Shown here: positions 16,487 to 19,599 of the stretch, piece after piece
Numbering within the stretch: the stretch's first letter is position 1
Layout of the letters: every line of letters begins with the position of its first letter
Source: a virus
Lineage: Duplodnaviria > Heunggongvirae > Uroviricota > Caudoviricetes
Direction: 5' to 3' (one strand)
IMG/VR virus record: IMGVR_UViG_2617270964_000006
Coordinates: 1-19,599 of that record
Length of the DNA stretch: 19,599 bases
Notes under the pieces: generated by a model
Databases searched by the model: none
Told to the model about the DNA's origin: nothing
What the model saw: the letters and a program-made list of their open reading frames with translations, nothing else
Position numbers and translations under genes: made by a program

Positions 16487-16492
16487 GTTTAA

Positions 16493-17323
16493 TTACTTCA
16501 CCGGAACAAACGGAACAGCGGTGTTACTGGTCATGTATTGCGGTAGCGTGCCGTTCCATTTGTTAATCGCTTCCAGCTCCATAACGCCGGGATTCTGGCG
16601 CAGAGCTTCACCGCGTAAACGAATGGCGTCGGCTTCAGCCTGGGCTTTTGTGCGAATGGCATCGGCTTGTCCGGCAGCTTCTGCGCGCAGCATGTTGGCT
16701 TCAGCTTCGCGTTGCTTGACTTCCTGTTCACGTTGCAGGGTTTTCTGGTTTGCCGTGACTTTGGCATTAATGCTGTCGATAACGGTTGGCGGGTATTCCG
16801 GCTTACCCACATAAGAGAGGCTCATTACCTGAATGCCGATAGGTGTCATTTCTGCCTGAATGTCTTTAAGTGCTGAATCCAGCAGTTCAGACTTGCCACC
16901 GTCGATAAATTTATCGGTGGTCATTTTGCTGGCCAGTCGGTTGAGTGCGTCGGCGATCTTCTGGCGCAGGTCAGTGTCGGTAATGTCATCCACGCCTTTG
17001 CGGTAGGTCTGAAACACTATAGTAACTTTGGATGGATCAACCTTGTAGGCCACACCGATGTGATAGCCGATGGTTGTGCCGTCACTCATCTGAAAGCTGA
17101 ACGGCTCATTGTAGGTCTTCATTTGTTTGAAGGTCGGGAAGATGTAAACCTCGGTATTCCAGCCAGTCCAGTAGCGGCCAACGCCAACCACTTCGCCAAC
17201 GCCTTTGTCGTCGCCCAGCTTGTTGACTTTGATGCCCACATTACCTGGCTCAACGCGATCGCAGCCAACCAGCAGGATGGCGGCAAAAAGCGGGAGAATC
17301 TGAAAGAGTTTGAATTTCTTCAT
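16493..17323 (-). CDS. SPFH/band-7 (prohibitin/stomatin-like) lipoprotein
   Basis: 276 aa; signal peptide with lipobox LLVGCD; C-terminal A/E/R-rich coiled coil (QREQEVKQREAEANMLRAEAAGQADAIRTKAQAEADAIRLRGEAL); AAGGAAA RBS; start overlaps the upstream gene's stop (ATGA). Confidence 0.8.
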   Translation of the reverse strand: MKKFKLFQILPLFAAILLVGCDRVEPGNVGIKVNKLGDDKGVGEVVGVGRYWTGWNTEVYIFPTFKQMKTYNEPFSFQMSDGTTIGYHIGVAYKVDPSKVTIVFQTYRKGVDDITDTDLRQKIADALNRLASKMTTDKFIDGGKSELLDSALKDIQAEMTPIGIQVMSLSYVGKPEYPPTVIDSINAKVTANQKTLQREQEVKQREAEANMLRAEAAGQADAIRTKAQAEADAIRLRGEALRQNPGVMELEAINKWNGTLPQYMTSNTAVPFVPVK

Positions 17324-17523
17324 TGTTTAATTTCCTTGATGTACTTACTGAAAAGGCGAACAACGCCTGCCGGGTACAGCATGGCAATGAAAATGCCCAG
17401 CAATACCAGGAAAGAGCTGTCTGATGAAATCATTCGGGGGAGTACCCCTACATACAGAATGAGAGAGACGAGGACGCATACCAGCGCCCATGCATATGCA
17501 CGAAACCATGTCTTGTTGTTCAT
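17320..17523 (-). CDS. small membrane protein (67 aa, two predicted TM helices), partner of the SPFH gene
   Basis: ATG at 17523; WFRAYAWALVCVLVSLILYVGVL and FLVLLGIFIAMLYPAGVV hydrophobic segments; translationally coupled to the SPFH gene. The track's longer N-terminus is basic, low-complexity. Confidence 0.55.
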   Translation of the reverse strand: MNNKTWFRAYAWALVCVLVSLILYVGVLPRMISSDSSFLVLLGIFIAMLYPAGVVRLFSKYIKEIKQ

Positions 17524-17533
17524 GTTGCGGCCC

Positions 17534-17746
17534 TTACTGGTTAAGGAAAAAATCGAAAACCTTGTCAATGCGTTGCAGCAGCTCTTGCTGTATTGCTTCC
17601 GGCGTTTCCGGTTCGCCTGGCGCCTCCAACGTCGCGCAGAAATCAGCGATTTCATGATGGAGTGTCAGGCGAATGGCAGGGGCCGTGGTTCTGGCGTGCT
17701 CCAACTCATCCAGCAGTGCCAACACCACTGACGGTTGTAAGCTCAC
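17534..17746 (-). CDS. hypothetical acidic protein (70 aa)
   Basis: ORF-track call; GTG start with no clear SD; ends 11 nt before the small membrane protein gene. Confidence 0.3.
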   Translation of the reverse strand: MSLQPSVVLALLDELEHARTTAPAIRLTLHHEIADFCATLEAPGEPETPEAIQQELLQRIDKVFDFFLNQ

Positions 17747-17825
17747 GCGAGATGGTAGTGATTCATGGGGGGTATTCTTTGCACGGCAGTCGCCAGTTCG
17801 CGTAGTTCCTGGTGGTTGATGATGC

Positions 17826-18077
17826 TCATGCTCTGGCTTCCTTCAGTAACTGGTTAAACATATTGGTAAGTGGATTGCCGCACCCGAACGGCATCGGGTT
17901 TACCTGGTAAGAGAAGCGACCACCTGTTTTGCGCTCTTTTCTTATGACTGAACCGCTACGCCAGAGTCGGCGTAACTCCGCATTAATAGCTGTGGTTGGG
18001 GTATTCAGTGCTGCGGCGATTTCTCCACCGCTACACCCCGGATTGGCGGCGATATAGTCCAGAATGGTCATCTGCAT
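17826..18077 (-). CDS. small winged-helix-like DNA-binding protein (83 aa)
   Basis: ATG with CAGGAG RBS; ILDYIAANPGCSGGEIAAALNTPTTAINAELRRLWRSGSVIRKER resembles a wHTH recognition region. Confidence 0.5.
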   Translation of the reverse strand: MQMTILDYIAANPGCSGGEIAAALNTPTTAINAELRRLWRSGSVIRKERKTGGRFSYQVNPMPFGCGNPLTNMFNQLLKEARA

Positions 18078-18271
18078 GACTCCTGTACCTGTCGGATAAG
18101 GTTCACCCGCACCACGTTGGTGGCGCAGAAGTAAGTGCCGTCAGTGAGGTAGATGTGGTGAGCATCCTTTTCTGAACGGTGTTTGTCGATTGTGGTAATC
18201 AGGCGTTCGTCGACTTCGTATTCACGTCCTCTGGAGGTAAAACGAACGACAGGAAAGTGCTTAATTGCCAT
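18068..18271 (-). CDS. hypothetical early-operon protein (67 aa)
   Basis: ATG at 18271 overlaps the upstream gene's stop by 11 nt; the longer track start would overlap by 71 nt. Confidence 0.45.
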   Translation of the reverse strand: MAIKHFPVVRFTSRGREYEVDERLITTIDKHRSEKDAHHIYLTDGTYFCATNVVRVNLIRQVQESCR

Positions 18272-18578
18272 TGCGCCCACTGTTCTGTTTCTGGCGACGG
18301 ATGCGGGATAGCTGGATTTCCAGCTCTTCAATGTGGTCGTGCAACTCGTCTATTTCGGCGAAAAGCGAATCAAGGGTTGATGAGAGTTCCGTTAACAGGG
18401 CCTTTGCCGCCAGTGCAACAGTAAACGTGCCGATGTCGCGTTCCGGGTCAATTTCACTAACAAGTGTTCTGGTTAGTTCAAGAGCGACGGGTAGCGCCTC
18501 TTCCAGTTTGCAATCCTGGAGATGAGCAAGAATAGTTAATGCGTCGCATTGAATTTTGTCTTCTTTATTTTGTTTCAT
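18261..18578 (-). CDS. hypothetical early-operon protein (105 aa, acidic/helical)
   Basis: ATG start with an AAGGCGG SD-like sequence; no recognisable motif. Confidence 0.5.
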   Translation of the reverse strand: MKQNKEDKIQCDALTILAHLQDCKLEEALPVALELTRTLVSEIDPERDIGTFTVALAAKALLTELSSTLDSLFAEIDELHDHIEELEIQLSRIRRQKQNSGRNGN

Positions 18579-18668
18579 CGTTGCCGCCTTATTTGAATGT
18601 ACAAAGCCCTCCGCGAGTGCGGATTGTTTTCATGTTTTCTTATTTAATCGTGTGTTTTATTTGTGCTG

Positions 18669-18782
18669 TTATTCTTCAGTGAAAAAACGCTCAATCTTTT
18701 TTACTGAATGAATAATTCGCACAATGCCAATTGCGCAGACCACTGAAATAATCAGAACAATCCATGACATAAATATACTCAT
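18669..18782 (-). CDS. small hydrophobic peptide (37 aa), not in the ORF track
   Basis: ATG 18782..18780 overlaps the stop of the 80-aa gene (ATGA); MSIFMSWIVLIISVVCAIGIVRIIHSVKKIERFFTEE = one TM helix plus charged tail. Confidence 0.35.
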   Translation of the reverse strand: MSIFMSWIVLIISVVCAIGIVRIIHSVKKIERFFTEE

Positions 18783-19021
18783 GCGATATTCCCCAGCTTA
18801 TACGGTTCAATATGTTCTCCGCATTCTGCGGCACAGATCAGCTCGGAAAGTTCGTTAAGTGCATCCAGATCATCAGCGTAAAAAGCCACGTCATACAGAC
18901 TCCGGATTGCCCTGGTCAATGAGTCACGGGCTGCACGTTCAGCATGAACGCCTGATGCGCTTAAGCGAAAATAAAAACGCTCAAGTGCTTTGTTGATGAG
19001 TGTTTTATATTCTTTGTCCAT
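18779..19021 (-). CDS. hypothetical early-operon protein (80 aa)
   Basis: ATG with AAAGGGTG RBS; no recognisable motif. Confidence 0.5.
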   Translation of the reverse strand: MDKEYKTLINKALERFYFRLSASGVHAERAARDSLTRAIRSLYDVAFYADDLDALNELSELICAAECGEHIEPYKLGNIA

Positions 19022-19032
19022 TGCAACACCCT

Positions 19033-19265
19033 TTAATCTGCTTTCTGGATTTCAGCTTCTGAATCCATGCAAATAATTTCGATATAGGGTTCATTGCCAT
19101 TAACCTGACGTGCCTTTTCAGCTTCGCTAATGATTTCGCGTACAGTCTGGTACGGAAGTTCTACGGTCAGGCGCGTGCCGTTCAGATAAACGTAAGTAGC
19201 TGCATTTTTTTCTGATGGGACGACGCCATCAGTAGCTGATGCGCGTAATAACAGTTCACCGCGAA
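19033..19265 (-). pseudogene. C-terminal 77 codons of an early-operon gene truncated at the IS1 boundary
   Basis: Open minus-strand frame running from the IS1 end at 19265/19266 to TAA at 19035..19033 (...LRGELLLRASATDGVVPSEKNAATYVYLNGTRLTVELPYQTVREIISEAEKARQVNGNEPYIEIICMDSEAEIQKAD); no start codon on this side of the IS. Confidence 0.5.
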
Positions 19266-19599
19266 GGTAATGACTCCAACTTATTGATAGTGTTTTATGT
19301 TCAGATAATGCCCGATGACTTTGTCATGCAGCTCCACCGATTTTGAGAACGACAGCGACTTCCGTCCCAGCCGTGCCAGGTGCTGCCTCAGATTCAGGTT
19401 ATGCCGCTCAATTCGCTGCGTATATCGCTTGCTGATTACGTGCAGCTTTCCCTTCAGGCGGGATTCATACAGCGGCCAGCCATCCGTCATCCATATCACC
19501 ACGTCAAAGGGTGACAGCAGGCTCATAAGACGCCCCAGCGTCGCCATAGTGCGTTCACCGAATACGTGCGCAACAACCGTCTTCCGGAGCCTGTCATAC
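19266..19599 (-). mobile_element. IS1 insertion sequence, partial (terminal inverted repeat at 19266; continues past the window end)
   Basis: Begins GGTAATGACTCCAACTTATTGATAGTGTTTTATGTTCAGATAATGCCCGATGAC, which I recognise as an IS1 end; followed by the insB coding sequence. Confidence 0.9.
19281..19599 (-). CDS. insB: IS1 transposase InsB (C-terminal part; 5' end beyond the window)
   Basis: Translation ...[88 protein letters not shown] matches IS1 InsB as I recall it. Confidence 0.85.
   Translation of the reverse strand, partial: YDRLRKTVVAHVFGERTMATLGRLMSLLSPFDVVIWMTDGWPLYESRLKGKLHVISKRYTQRIERHNLNLRQHLARLGRKSLSFSKSVELHDKVIGHYLNIKHYQ

Noticed and set aside
1-19599. CRISPR arrays, rRNA or tRNA genes
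   Set aside because: No regularly spaced direct repeats with unique spacers and no rRNA/tRNA-like structure; the repeats present are short palindromes and heptamers.

Overview
This window reads as a P2-like (Peduovirus-type) prophage segment from an enterobacterial, E. coli/Shigella-like genome, annotated by eye from the sequence and ORF track with no database search. Left to right: a NanS-p-like esterase gene running off the left edge; a minus-strand lysis cassette (holin, M15 endolysin, overlapped spanins); the late head/packaging genes X, L, M, N, O (minus) and divergent P (terminase ATPase) and Q (portal) (plus); then the variable cargo locus between Q and replication gene A, where P2 itself carries tin/old. 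That locus is the main candidate for an undescribed system: an AT-rich, self-contained two-gene cassette (XRE-HTH/ImmA-IrrE metallopeptidase with a translationally coupled PIN-like nuclease), plus an orphan 174-aa gene, a 34-codon ParM-like fragment and dense repeats. Right of A are early-operon small genes with an embedded SPFH lipoprotein/small membrane protein pair, and an IS1 copy that truncates an early gene at the window edge. Several long track ORFs antisense to P, A and the head genes are judged spurious.
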